DNA of 64,000 nucleotides from Camelus ferus (taxonomy: Eukaryota), in assembly GCF_009834535.1 (NCBI RefSeq), contig NC_045698.1, positions 7,504,001 to 7,568,000 of the forward strand, given 5' to 3'. Made by a program: the position numbers and the translations under genes. Below the pieces are notes generated by a model, which worked only from the letters and a program-made list of their open reading frames with translations, ran no database searches and was not told the DNA's origin. Shown here in pieces: positions 49,723 to 62,234 of this stretch (position 1 is its first letter; each line of letters begins with the position of its first letter).

Positions 49723-50221
49723 TGTGATAGAAAAGGACAAGTCCGACTCCACATTAGATCTGTTCTTTTGGCTTTAATCCTGTGCTTTGTTTTCTAGGCT
49801 GAGTCTTGCTGGTTCCGCACCTTTTGTAAAAGAGTGCTGCCTAGAGCCTGACATAGACAGGAGGGCCCATTCTCAAGGCTCTGACCTTTAAGGGTATTAA
49901 CCCTTTTGCATTCATGTAAAGAAAATAACATTTGTTTTGTTGGAGGTTTGTAGGGACACCATGACCTCACCCACGTGGAAAGCTGCAAGAACAAAACATC
50001 CCAACACTGAGAAGTCTGCAACAAGCACCCCCCCCCCACCAAATATAAAAGAAGCCTGAATTCTAACTGGGGGGGAAGAGATGGTTCTCCAGGACATAAG
50101 TCCACCCTCTTCTTGGTTTGCCCACTTTTTGAATAAAGTCGCTGTTCCTTGTCCCAGCACATCGCCTTCTGATTTATTGGCCTGTCATTTGGCAAGCAGA
50201 ATGCGTTTGGACTCCATAACA
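49723..50221 (+). mobile_element. ERV1-class solo LTR (MER41-like), antisense to DAP
   Basis: TG...CA termini, near-perfect 4-bp TSD aaca/aata, TATAAAA at 50044-50050, AATAAA at 50132-50137; 5' gactccacattagatctg and 3' gatttattggcctgtc...agcagaatgcg resemble MER41-type LTRs. Confidence 0.8.
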
Positions 50222-51804
50222 AATATAGGTTATCATTATTACAGGCAAAGGCTAAGTTCTAAAATTAAAAAAACAATCTGCGTGTTTTACCATGTGGCAA
50301 TGCAGGAGACATTGAGAGGGGGACCTGCCTGTTGGTTGGCTCCAAAGGTACGCCGTCGGAGTACGCTGGCTGTAGGCGGGCTGCTTCTGTGGATGCTGAC
50401 TTAGGCAGTATTTGGCGATATTTGAAAGGCTCCCAGGTACTCCGAGGAAGTGCCAGTTCACAGCTCTTGCTACACGGTCAGCTCAGCTCCTCACATGCAA
50501 CAGGGAAATGCTCTCCGCCTAGCCTGGGAACACTCTGTGTAACCATCAGACGTTCCGTGTAACTATCATGTATGTAGTCCACATTCTAAATGTTGCTTCA
50601 CTTCAGGAAGGAGCGTTTACACTGAAAAACAATCCCATCTTTGATTCTGAACACATTCGTTTCAGTGTCATTCTTTTGAATTTCAGCATAGGGAAGTGCC
50701 AGTGAATAGTTAATACTGATGAGACAGGTGCTAAAAATCAGAGTGTTGCTTGTCCATAGCTTGAAATTAGATCTAGTTGGCTCTCTTCAGGGTCCAGGCC
50801 ATGTTTTATAATGGTATAATTTGAGGGAGGAGGGTATTCATGGTTCAAAGTACAAAGTATGTATTTTCTAGAGGACAGTTGTTACGGCTTAAACAGGAAA
50901 ATGACCCTGTAGGTAGAAAAAACCTGACAAGACAACTACTAATGGAATTGCCATTAGAAAGAAGTGCACACTGATATTAAATCAAATACAGACACCAAAA
51001 CACTCATCTGTTCTGGGTCTACTCCCATCGTAGGAAGTACAGGGGGCTGACCTTACATGGGACCGCCTCACATTAGGATGGTTCTGCGAGGATCTAGCAA
51101 TGAAAGAGGAGAGACCAGATTAACTTGCTCTCAGGAGACCGTCAGCCTGGTCTCTCTCGGCCGTGGGAGCTTTGCTTCTTGCAAAAGTCAAGACATGGCC
51201 TGGAAGCACTAAACACAGCTCAGGTTAAAGTCAAGTACATGGAGTGATAAACAAGAGCTTTTGGATTTCTCTATGGCTGGATTCACCACTAATTACATCC
51301 TTAATCCACCCTCCAAACTCACGGCAGGGAGGGATCTGGGGAGCTGATAGCGGCCGTCACTCGCTCCCCAGGCAGCGGGCGCACGCGATAAGCGACAAGC
51401 TGCCATCCTCAGCAGCCTCCGGATTTGCACACTCAGCTGCTGCCTGATTAAATCGCTGGCTCTGCGGACCCTCCTCAGATCACACCACGCCCTCGTGCCT
51501 CTTCCAGAATTAACAGCAGAAGAGGAGCAAAGTCAAGTACACAGAAAACCAAACCCACCTCTAATTCTGCTTGCTTTTAAGAAAACCAACTAGTGAGTTA
51601 GGGTGACTTCCATTCAGTCCACCAGCTCCCACCCTCACCCCCATGTTTAGAGCCGACGCTTCAGAATATTCTCATAGCACGGAGCACAGGACAGACTGTC
51701 AAAGTTACTGCGGTTTGGGAGGTGCACTCTGAGTGCCGATTAAAACTCTGACCCTCTCCTCTGACCTGGTCACTGTCTGGGTAAATCACCGTTCAGGGTC
51801 CTGA

Positions 51805-52060
51805 GGTTTATTTGTTGACTCATCAGTTTCATTTATTTGTTCACTCAACAGAAATATATGTAAATACATATACACTCTAAGTACCAAACATGCCCCCAAG
51901 TGAGGAAGTGTTTACGTTAACGTGTGGGGCGCCTCCTGATTCCTGCTTGTGCAGGAGCTGGAGGGAACTTGTCCCTGCTTCTCATCACCATCATCCTCTT
52001 CCTCCAGGCCACCAGCACCCATTGGACAGGGCTCTGGTTCAGGGCCAGGTGGAGACAAAT
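51805..52060 (-). mobile_element. L2 3' end fragment
   Basis: ttcatttatttgttcactcaacagaaatat tail and cttgtccctgcttctcat-like motif; very diverged. Confidence 0.4.
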
Positions 52061-52619
52061 GCCATCAGAGAGCCGGTCCCAGGCGGCCCCTTGAGTTTCA
52101 TCAGGAGGCTGACGGGGCACACCTGTGAGGTCTACCAGCTGGAAAACAGCTCATATTTTTCTGGAAAAGGATATTCCTTAGTTCAAGGTGGCCAGTCTCT
52201 GTGGCAACCACAAGAAAACCAAGGATGTCCTTAAGGACAGGAAGAACTTACACAAGCTGATCCTCCGATGGGGATGTGAGTCCTCCCAGGGCTGCTCCTG
52301 AGCGCGTGCTGGGGAACCAGAGAATCTCTCTGAACTTGGCAAATAAAGATTTCAGATGAAGGACAGAAAAGCAGGAGCAGGCATGCCGCCCTGGACCCCG
52401 TGCCAAAGCTCTCACCACCACCTTCCCTTCCCTTTGGGTGTCTCCTTCCTTGGGGCCCCTTGCTTTCCATGGGGGCAGCCAGATAATCTACTTTTGCCAC
52501 CAGCGAAGCACTCAGCATGCCCAGTTTATTAACAAGTGATGTGGATGACAGTGGCGAGGCAGCCGCCTGGGGCTGGAAGAGAAAGTGGCCGGCGGATGGA
52601 AAACACGTGTTCTCACTGA

Positions 52620-52760
52620 TGGTCAGGAGGCCGGGGGCACTGAGCCTCAGCTTCCTCATTGGGATGAGGAGCTGATTCCTTCCTCTGGAGTTCACAGGAT
52701 TTTGGGGAAGTTCAGGTGAGTGCCACGCATTAGGCAAACTGCATATGGAGTGGGACTCAA
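52620..52760 (+). mobile_element. MIR SINE fragment
   Basis: ctgagcctcagcttcctcattgggatgagg core. Confidence 0.55.
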
Positions 52761-54221
52761 GGAGAGGCCGTTGTTGCGTTAATGTGTAAACTGAAGCAGA
52801 TTTATCCCCATAAGTGGGGAGGAAGGAATGGATGGTGGTTATTATACTTATAGAAATTAGAGCAGAGAAGCACATCCTTGTGTCTGGAGGACAGCTATCA
52901 TCTGTAACCAGAGGCAACACTTGGGGACCACAACATGGATCGGGCCAGGGCTTTGGGGAAAGAACTGGACAAGCCGTAACCTGGAATTTCCTGCCAAGCC
53001 GACTCGCACCTGGAGAGACGGTCCCATAGCCACAGCCACAAAGAGGGCGGCCAGGATGAGACATCCTGGGCTGACCGCCCAGCAGGCTGGACATGACACA
53101 TGTCTAGAGATACTAGGGTTTAAACTTCATGTTTAAGAAATGAAAGGAGAATGCATGTTTTATAAGCCTCATATTGGGATGGCATGCATGAACACACAAA
53201 CCCGCCGGAGCCTGCCTTCCACCATCGTGGGGCAAATAAATCCTCACTGAAGCCTCAGCCATTCCGAGGGAGTGATGGAAAGTGTGAGAATGGCACAGTC
53301 ACATTTCAGAGGAGTAGAAAACTCCCGCACTCAAGCTAAAGGATTTGGGATGCAAACTACGGCTGGGGGAAAGGAGCATCTGGGGAGCCTTTTTCACTTT
53401 TTCTTTTTAACATCTGCTGGGATTTTCGTTAGGGTCGGGAGAGGAGCAACTTTCAGTTGAAGAGCAGCTTCTGGTTGGGGAGCTTGACGTGGCACTGTTG
53501 GGACCCAGGGCGGCACGGATGCTCAAAGCACGGTGGGGGCGCGTGTGTGGATGTTCACTGCCACTAGTGCCTGTGCCCGGGCACTGAATAAACACAGAGC
53601 AACCACTGGTGCAGCCACGGGCCGGGTGATGGAGACCCAGGGCCACCAGCGCAGCCTGACTGCACTGGGTGCTGGGCTCCGCAGGGTGGGCTGGGGTCCA
53701 AGACAGACTTGCCCTACGTGCAGGTGGACCCAGAGCCTTGTTTGTCGGGGTCATATGCTACAGGTAAGTGAACCCTGTCGATTTGCATTTTGTTATCCCA
53801 AACTAGAACACGTGGCCTGATAGGTAGAAATTATCGTGTGGACAATGGGAGAGAATATTTGAAATCAGAACTATTCCAGGAAATCTAGGCCACATGGACT
53901 CTGGTGTAGAGGGTTTGCATTGTCCCACAACCTCAGTTAATGCGTCCAGTGATGGAGCTGTCACCTTGGCAACCAGAGGGAAGGACCCTAAGGACTGGTG
54001 ACATCCAGGAGGCAACCTGGAAAGGGTGGGGCACGGAGTTGGCTGGGCAGCGGGTGTGGGGGGAATGGTCAAGATGCACTCAGGGGCCTTCCCAAGGAAA
54101 CGGAGGGCAGGAGTCCACGTGAAACACGTGGTCGAGGACCCAGATAAAAGTCATTTGCATCTGGGCTGCTGCTTTCACAGAAGCAGGTGAAGATGGGATG
54201 GGAATACTAACCTGAAACATG

Positions 54222-54366
54222 AATTAAAAAAAATTGGGGGTTGGGGGAAGTAGTTAGATTTAATTATTTACTTATTTTTAATGGAGGTACTGGGAGCTGA
54301 ACCCAGGACCTTGTGCAGGCTAAGCACGTGCTCTACCACTGAGCTAGACCCTCCCGCCCCCTGCCT
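54222..54366 (-). mobile_element. tRNA-derived SINE (Vic-1-like) with TSD
   Basis: aatggaggtactgggagctgaacccaggaccttgtgcaggctaagcacgtgctctaccactgagctagaccctcc; TSD tgaaacatg at 54213-54221 and 54367-54375. Confidence 0.9.
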
Positions 54367-57159
54367 TGAAACATGGTTTTAAACATAATTTCCATCCCCT
54401 ACAGAGACCCCCAGTCAAAGAGGAGTTCTTCTTAAGCTCAAGGTGCTATTTGTTGCTGTCTCTCGGCATTTGCCTCAGAAAGGTGCTGATCTGAATGTAA
54501 AGGAAAAAGCAGCATCTTTCTGGCTCAGTAGCAGTAGAGTCCTAACACAATGCTCAGTGCCGTCAGTACATTTTCTGCACTGCAGCCTTCAAAAACGATC
54601 GCAGAGGCAGATGGCATTGTATTTGTCTTCCTATCTTCTTCCAGAAGTGAAAAAAAAAAAAAAAGCAGCCAAGCCCCTCCTGCCTCCTCCCTGACCAGTA
54701 GAGGGAAGACGGAATCGGCCCCAGTCGTCCTGGAGATGGTCACGTGTCCCCGACTCCCTGAGACAGTCGGGGTTTAGACCAAGGTCGCAGTGTAATTACC
54801 AATAGCACCTCCTTTCACTCTCAGAACCACACCAATCTACACACATTGCACAGCCACTCCAAGCCAAGACACAGAATTCTAGAAAGACCCTCACCATTTC
54901 TGGGGCTCTCAGGAGTTCCATCGTGTGTGTTAGAAACGCTGGTATTCCTTCTGCCTGTATGACCTTAAACTAAGCCAGCTTTAAAGGTGGCTCACATGTT
55001 ATCTTTCCATGGCTTTCCCTGTCCCTCCCACCAGAACTGACCCTTTCCCAGCTGGGTTCCCGTAAGAACTTCCCACTTACCACAATGAAGTGTAGGCTCT
55101 TGCATTGCTTAACTCCCCTTCAAGGTCAAGGGGAACTTGTTGTGCTCTCAGAACCTGACATACTGCCTGGTGCACACAGAGGCTCAGTGTATGCTGTCAG
55201 CACCAGATGAGTGTCTCAGGCACGGTCTGTAGCAGCGGCAGGGAGTGAATCAACCACGGTGACTCAGTGGGGCTGTTTGGGGCACCGATGTCTTAGGAAT
55301 GCACCAAACTCCTCTTGCACCAGAGCCCCAAAGGCTTGCAAAGGAGCTACTCAAGATGTGGACTTCTTTTTGTCACCTACCAATCTGGCTCGGCCAGATC
55401 TGCTGGCGCTGGGGGGACAACCCGGAGTTCCCGAGCACACGGGCTCTTCCTTCAGCTTTTTGCCAGAATGATCTTGAAGACCAGTATATGGTCTCTCTCC
55501 CAGTTAAGAGACAGCTCAGGCTAAGAGGTGCATCTTCACATCATCTCAAGTCAAACAGAGAGTAGGGATGGAACCATGAGTTGAGTCTTAAATGATAAGA
55601 GCAGTTAGCTGGGGACAGAAGGAAGAGAGGGAAAGGCGGTGCCTTACTCAGACTGTTTTTGAGAGTCTGAATTAGCAGGGAAAAAACCTCATCAACTGTC
55701 TGTACGGCAATTCCTCACAGATGCCAACAAGGGCTGGGTTTCTTTGCAGGACTTTTGCCATATTTCCCTAAAAATCGGGGATGGTTCAAAAAAATACAGG
55801 TGACCAGACTGAGGCCTGGGCTCAAAGACAGCCAACCTTATAAAGAAACCAGTCTTTTAAAATAAAATATGACTTCATTTAATAGAAGAGGGGCCATGAG
55901 GTCCAAGGCATTTTCTCTGGAGCTTGGGGAAGATAAAAATGTGCAGCTGCTGTTGCAGCCCTCAGCATGGACAGTGTTTGGTTTTTGGTTTTTTTGTTGT
56001 TGTTTTTGTTGTTTTAGCACGTTTTGCTTCTGCAGCTGGATTCTCAAACACCTGAAGGGTCCAGGTCTCCCTTTTGAAACTTTCTTCTCCTTGACTGCGG
56101 TCACACCTGATCACCGGCTTTGGGGATCTGCGAGTGAGCATTAGGAATCTGGCTACTTGCGCTGACTCCCACTTCTCACACAAGAGCACGGGAGAGGTAG
56201 GGGGTCTGTGAGGAATGGCTCCCCTGCGGGCGGCAGCCCACCCCTCCCAGAAGAGAGAGCCCGAGAAGCAGGCGGTCACTTGTTTGGATATAGGATCTCT
56301 TTCCCCTTAGAAGTGACATCAGTGATGCGTAGGTCCCCAGACTGTCTCATCATCCAGGTAACCCACGTGTAGGATGCTAAACACCAGTGTCCCGAGCCCT
56401 GGGGCTCAGAGACGAGACTGGCCAGTTGGCTGGTCTCTGCAGGTGGCAGCCCTGGACGCGGGCAGGGAGGTAAGCTCCGGCCTCCAGACAGGCTCGTCAG
56501 TTTGATGCGTGTCAGACACTCTGACCTTAGGAACAGTTGCGTGTGATTCTAGTTTAGAGTTCTGGAAGCATCGCCGAGGGAGTAGCCCAGTGAAGTGAGC
56601 TCTAAAAGGTCTCTTTTCTCAAACAATTAAAAGAAATACACTAAAGGACCCATAAGGGATGAGTGAATCATTAAACTATTAAGAGGTTGCTATAAATAGG
56701 CAGGGTTAATTTGATAACTGAAAGTGGACTGGTGCAACCAGGTTTCCAAGGCTCGTAAAAGCCTGGCGGTGGCTAGCACCTGGGATGCGTGCCGACTGCT
56801 GCTCTACCTGGAAGCCGGGGTGCGGGAGGCTCAGGGAGCCTTCTCCTGGGCTGGCCTCCCGAGGAGCCTGGGGGAGCAGAGAGCAGGGCCCTGCGATGTG
56901 ATGTGCCTCCCAGCACATCACCACCCAGCCCGGAGTCAGGCCTTAGTCGCCTGTGGCTTTAAGAGGGAAGCAGGGAGGAAGGAGAGAGGGAGGGCTTCCG
57001 AAGCACAGATGGGGCTTTTCGCCTGTGGCAGTGACATTCACAAGGGTGGGGCAACCTCTCAGATGAACCCATAACAGGGCAGACTGCTCCTCAAATCCCT
57101 GGGCCAACGTGGGTGACAGTCACCTTCACACGTGCCTTTGTGCCTCAGAGTTTCCATTA

Positions 57160-57500
57160 TGGCCCCTGATCTCACACCCCAAACCCTTGGGGCCAGACAG
57201 GTTTCAGAATTCAGACATTTTTCTTTTTTTCTGCAAATATTATAAAGGCACCACAGCACATAAATCACATGTAATGAATATTCCCGTAGGGTCCGGGGCA
57301 GCCCCCTGTAGTCAACCCAATAATATTTTCTACAGCAAAGCGTATGGCGGTTACACGAGGGAGGGTGAGTAAGGACTATAAATCACCGCACATCAGTTCA
57401 GCTTCCGCCACCGTATGAATTTTAGTGTGAAAGTATGAAAACCGTTGCAGCTTTCCAGGCCCTCCGGACTGGGCATTTTGCTCACTCTGGGGACACTGGG
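57160..57500. mobile_element. Possible old TcMar-Tigger-type DNA transposon fragment
   Basis: aaacccttggggccagacaggtttcagaattcagacatttt resembles Tigger-family ends; family uncertain. Confidence 0.35.
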
Positions 57501-59289
57501 GCACTTTCCACTTATTACATCCTGCAAGGCTCTGGCTGCCGCTCCCTCCGCCACCAAGAAGGAGAAATGGATTTGGAATAAACAAACAGCTGTGAAGCTA
57601 TTTGGAATAGACCATGTAGCTGTAAAGGGGTGACAAGAATCAGAAGTGTTGGTCTGGGGTGACCAGAGGACCTGCGGTCAGCTCTATGCATTTATCTATA
57701 GAGACGAAAATCTGACTCACGCATTGAAACCAAGCCTTTGGAGAGGCAGAATAAAACAAATGCAGCCAGAGAATTCCTCCCAAGTTGGCAGCCCTCCTCA
57801 GCCTCTTCCGGGCCCAGAGAACTTGCACTGGTAACCCTGAATCACACCTGCAGGCTTCCGCTGGTCTCAGAGCCGGCTCGCCACGTTCCAGCCACCTCAC
57901 TGCGGTGTGCAGGGCGGGCGGCACACAGCGCACGGACAGAGGGGGCCGTGTCGCCTGTGGTCCCCGAGCTGAGAGGAAGTGGAGCTAGACACGAACCTTG
58001 GTCCTCAAATTCTCTGGCCAACTGTCCTCCTTACCCCAGCCACAGTCACAGCCCTCAGGACTGTGGCCCCAAATACGTTCCGCCAACTCTAGTCTTGTAA
58101 CGTGATTTGAGTAAGCTTGGTCAACTAACATTTGGAAACACTGCTGTCTCTCTCTGCCTCTCGGAGATTTAAATGCCCCGTCGTGCATTAGGGCCCTGAG
58201 ATGTCATAAGGAAACCTGATTAACTTCATTTAACGATGTTTCCTGAATGCATCTGAAGATGGAACCCTTTGGGGCCGAACTCCCATCAGCACCGACACAC
58301 TCTGGGACGCTGATTAAAGGCAGTTTCAACAGTGTTCAAAAGCTTACCATTTGTAAAGTGTTGTACCTCGAAGGCTAGAATAGGAGCTTATCTCCACCGG
58401 CTGCTAGGGTCACTGGATGCACAAGTCTGGCCGCCCCGCTGCTGACTACGGGCAGGGCTGTGTATCTGGCTCACAGATGCTCAAGCGCCTCAGCACTCGT
58501 AAACAAGAGTGGCCCCCACTAAGGGCCAAACGCCCTTGTCAGCGCCCGTTTTCTGTGCAAAACCTGCTGGACAATGGGCATTTTTTAATGCCCTTTGGTC
58601 TAAGACTCTGGCCTCCTCCTATCTTCCTTTCCAAGCAAGGTAGAAATACCCTTTCATGAGCAAGGTGACAGGGCACAGATGCAGACTGAATGGTCACATG
58701 AAGTCATACCTTTGAGCTCTGATCTTTTTCCTTTGGAAGAACTTGCTATATCTTTATGCTGGGAAACATCTAGAAATCATGAAATCCTCAGTCAGGGAGG
58801 AGAGCTGAACCAAGTATCGTTGGTGGAACATTTTCCACCAAAGTCACATGCATTTGGGAAATAGGAATTTTGCCTTCATTTGGGTAATTGTACAATTGCC
58901 CTCAAAAGCGTGTGAGATCCAAACAAAGCATTTTTCAAACATTCACTATTAGGTGGGACGAGAAAGCCACAGTTCTCTCTAAAACTCTGGGTGGAGGAGT
59001 TTGAACTTTACTCAGTGTCGGCACTTATAGCAAACAGCGCAGCCCTGCAAAGATGCCCTAAAGCCCAGGAGACGAGCGGCAGCCCCTGGAGCAGCCCTGA
59101 GCACCCGCCTCCTGCCAGCCCTTACTGTGGGCGGCATTCCACTTTGAGAACCGGCGCAGGTGGTCCCTGAGCATCCTGTTCCATGAACAACCAGATCGAT
59201 CCACTTACAAAGTGTGAGGATTGCTTTTAGCTCTAGGATTTTGACAATAAGGTGATTGCGGTAAAAAGTCCTAACAGACATACTGCTAA

Positions 59290-59515
59290 TAAGACCTGAT
59301 ATTTCTCTCACTCTGTGCCAGGAACTAATCTAGGTGCTGGAGATGCATTAACTCATGTCATCTTCACAAGGGTCCGGTCAGGTAAGACCTATCATCAATC
59401 ACAGCTTCTTTACAGATGGGGACACAGAGGCACAGAGAGGTTTAGTAAGCTGCCCAAGGCTACACAGCTAGTAAGAAGAGGAGCCAGGATCCAAACTCAC
59501 AAGCCTGGGCCCCTA
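59290..59515 (-). mobile_element. MIR SINE
   Basis: ctctgtgccaggaact...ttacagatggggacacagaggcacagagaggtttagtaagctgcccaaggctacacagctagtaag...ggagccaggatccaaac. Confidence 0.88.
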
Positions 59516-60271
59516 ACACAAGTGAGTGCAAAACCTGACCTCTTGAAATATTTGAAACTGTCTAACATGCCACAAATCCTGCCCTGGGGTACACGCTTCC
59601 AGGTTTGGGGGCAAGGGGAGAGCAAAGGGTCCTGCCCTTCCACCCACCACACGGGAAAGTTAGGGGCAGGCAGAACCAGGCATCAGCAGCGCCAAGAGGA
59701 ACTTGCAGCTCGCAGCTGGCTGGACGGATGGCCTCCCACCCAGCGTGGGCTGGACGACACTTTCCCCTTCATTGCACCTCCCAAGCCACAACTCCGGGCC
59801 TGTGTTTGTTCTCTACCAAAAGCCAGCCCTGCAGACGGTGGGACTGGGGACACGATCACCGCGGCTCGAGGAAGGCAGAATGTTGACCACACGCTCCTAA
59901 CAGTCATCGTAACTGGTGCTCTGGGGACACTGCCCTCTTGGGCATTTACACCCTGGAGAGCTACGCTAGCTCTGCGCTCTTTCTCTCTTGGCTTTACAAC
60001 CTGCTGAACTTGTACAGAACTTTCCCTCCTCCCTCACTCAGTCGTCATTCCCCGCGGCCCTGCCTCTGAGTCTATGTGCCTGATTAGACCATGACCAGCT
60101 GATTTAGGGCGAGACACCTGTTCACATCCTTCGCACACAGCCCTCCAAGTGCCCGCAGGGGTGCAGAGTGACAGAGGAGATGATGCCTCCCCAAAGAGGA
60201 GGCGATCTCCGTGGAAACAGAGCACACAGGCAGCCATGGAAGGACCCCGGGCAGGTGATGATCATGTGCTA

Positions 60272-60628
60272 AGTGAGGGGCTGAATTGGGCCCCCCAAAT
60301 TCATATGTTGAAGTTCTAATCCCCAGCACCTCCGAATGTGACCTTGTTTGGAGATAGGGTCTTAGAGAGGTCATTAAATTAAAATGAGGTTGCCAGGGTG
60401 GGCCCGAATCTGGTCTGACTGGTGTCTTTATAAGAGAATCTGGACACAGACATACACAGAGGGTCGACCATGTGAAGACACAGGGAGAAGATGGCTGTCT
60501 ACAGGCAAGGAGAGGCCTCAGGAGAAACCAGCCCTGCTGGCACCCTGGCCTTGGACTTCCAGCCGGCACAACGGTGAAGCCGCCCAGCCTGTGGGACTGG
60601 TCTGGCAGCCCGAGAAGTGATAGAGACA
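60272..60628 (+). mobile_element. MLT1B-like MaLR solo LTR, antisense to DAP
   Basis: gggctgaattgggccccccaaattcatatgttgaagttctaatcccc...ttaaaatgagg...gactggtgtctttataagag...gaagacacagggagaagatggc...cttggacttccagcc. Confidence 0.88.
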
Positions 60629-61710
60629 CACATGGAGAAAGAATTCAGATGGGAGAAGTCCCCAGGGCTGCAGTAATGCAAGAAGAAGCTTTATGAGAAA
60701 GGAGCTCACGTGGGGCCTCGCGGTGAGCTGAGAGAAACTTCCAGACGTGAGGAGTGGCCGTGCGAAGGTGTGTGGGAAGAATGGGCACCAGGTGCTCTCG
60801 GCTCAGGCCTGGATTCATGGAAGAGGGGGCGTAGCGGGATCTGCAGGGGAGGTTGGATGGAGTGAGACTGGGTAAGGCCTTCAGTGGCAGGTTACAAAGA
60901 CTAGGAAGCTGAAGACCCCGACGCGGCAGAGGGAGCTGTGGGCCAGCGTTCTGCACGTGAGCCCCGCCGTCGCGGCTGAGGAAGCCCTTAGCCCCCCGCG
61001 AAGGCCACAGCTGCCGTTCACAGAGGGCCTTATCTGTGCCAAGCTGGTGTCTTCTCCCCCTGGGAGGGGTTGTTACTTTAACCCCTTTCCCCCCCACAAA
61101 GCTCAGGCTCTAAGAATTATAATTTTCCCCCCACAGTCATTCAGGCAACAGGTCACAAGCTGAGGCTGAAACCCAAGTTTTCTGGCCCAAATTCTGTGCT
61201 CCCTGCACCCCACCCCACTGCAGAGGTTGAGGGAGACCAGACACCCTAGGGTGCTGTCCTGCTGCCCGCAGGCTGGCCTGGTGTGCTCTGGGGAGCCACG
61301 GAGCTGGGGGGAGAGGCTGAGAAGGGAGCCCGGCTGGGGTGAGGACCGCGGCAGGAAGACATGCAAACTGTAATGCGCAGTGAACAGAGAACAGCACAGA
61401 GGCCTCTGAGCGCTGAGCGGATGGAATGCTTATCGTGCGAGGGGAAATCTCAACAGTCGTGTGTGTTCTCGTTATATCTGAAAATGAAGAAGGTACTTAG
61501 AAGTGGCAGGAAGGCAGACTTGCTGTCCAGTCGCTTACTCTAAGCTGTGGGTCCCTCCCACATTGACTGAAGGTACATGTGGGGTTTAGAACCGGGAGAA
61601 TCACGCTGAAATCCAGACCTTTGAAAAATTGTCTGATGTGATGGAAAATTAGAGGAAACTGGATATACAAGTTTAGACATGCATGTTTTAATATAATATG
61701 ACTCTAAGAG

Positions 61711-62228
61711 TGAGGTGGGAAGCCCCATGAAAAAGACGGCAGGATCCCCCGGCAGGGCCACTACCCTCCTGCCAGCAGCATTCAGTTCCTTGGCCCAGTG
61801 GCATTATTTAGCTTTTTAAATTCTGTAATGGCTTAATTCTAGGAAAGTGGAATTACCCCTAAGATTCTATTGGTTCCCTGAGCGAACTCCTGACTGGTCC
61901 ATTTCTCACTCCTAATTGGTCCATTTCTCTCACTCCTGATTGGTCCATTTCTCTCACTCCTGATTGGTCCATTTATATAAAGCTTGTTCCTAATTAGTCA
62001 CCTTTGTTATACCTTATTTGCATATGATGCAAAATGTTTTAAAGTCTACACTGGTAGCCTATAAAAGTGTGTGTAAACCTACAGACGGGGTCCAGAGCTT
62101 GGAATGTTAACCCTTCTGGGCCCGCTGGTGTAATAAACCTGAGTTCTCCAACCCTCCGAGTGCTGCTTGGTCTCTCGCCTGGATCCAGGTTGCTGCAACA
62201 CTGAGCTGTAACACACTTTGCTGCAACA
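61711..62228 (+). mobile_element. Young ERV1-class solo LTR (518 bp) with perfect 4-bp TSD, antisense to DAP
   Basis: TG (61711) ... CA (62228); TSD AGAG at 61707-61710 and 62229-62232; TATAAAA at 62060-62066; AATAAA at 62132-62137; internal tandem repeat. Confidence 0.88.
61886..61974 (+). repeat. Tandem 22-24 bp repeat (ACTCCTGATTGGTCCATTTCTCTC) x about 4 inside the LTR U3
   Basis: Seen directly; three units carry ATTGG (inverted CCAAT) and the first carries ACTGG. Confidence 0.92.
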
Positions 62229-62234
62229 AGAGGA

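Noticed and set aside
52231..53094. 287-aa minus-strand ORF in the DAP intron
   Set aside because: No recognisable domain; includes a MIR-derived segment (MRKLRLS); no convincing exon structure.
59315..60007. 230-aa ORF
   Set aside because: N-terminal part is MIR sequence; the rest has no recognisable homology.
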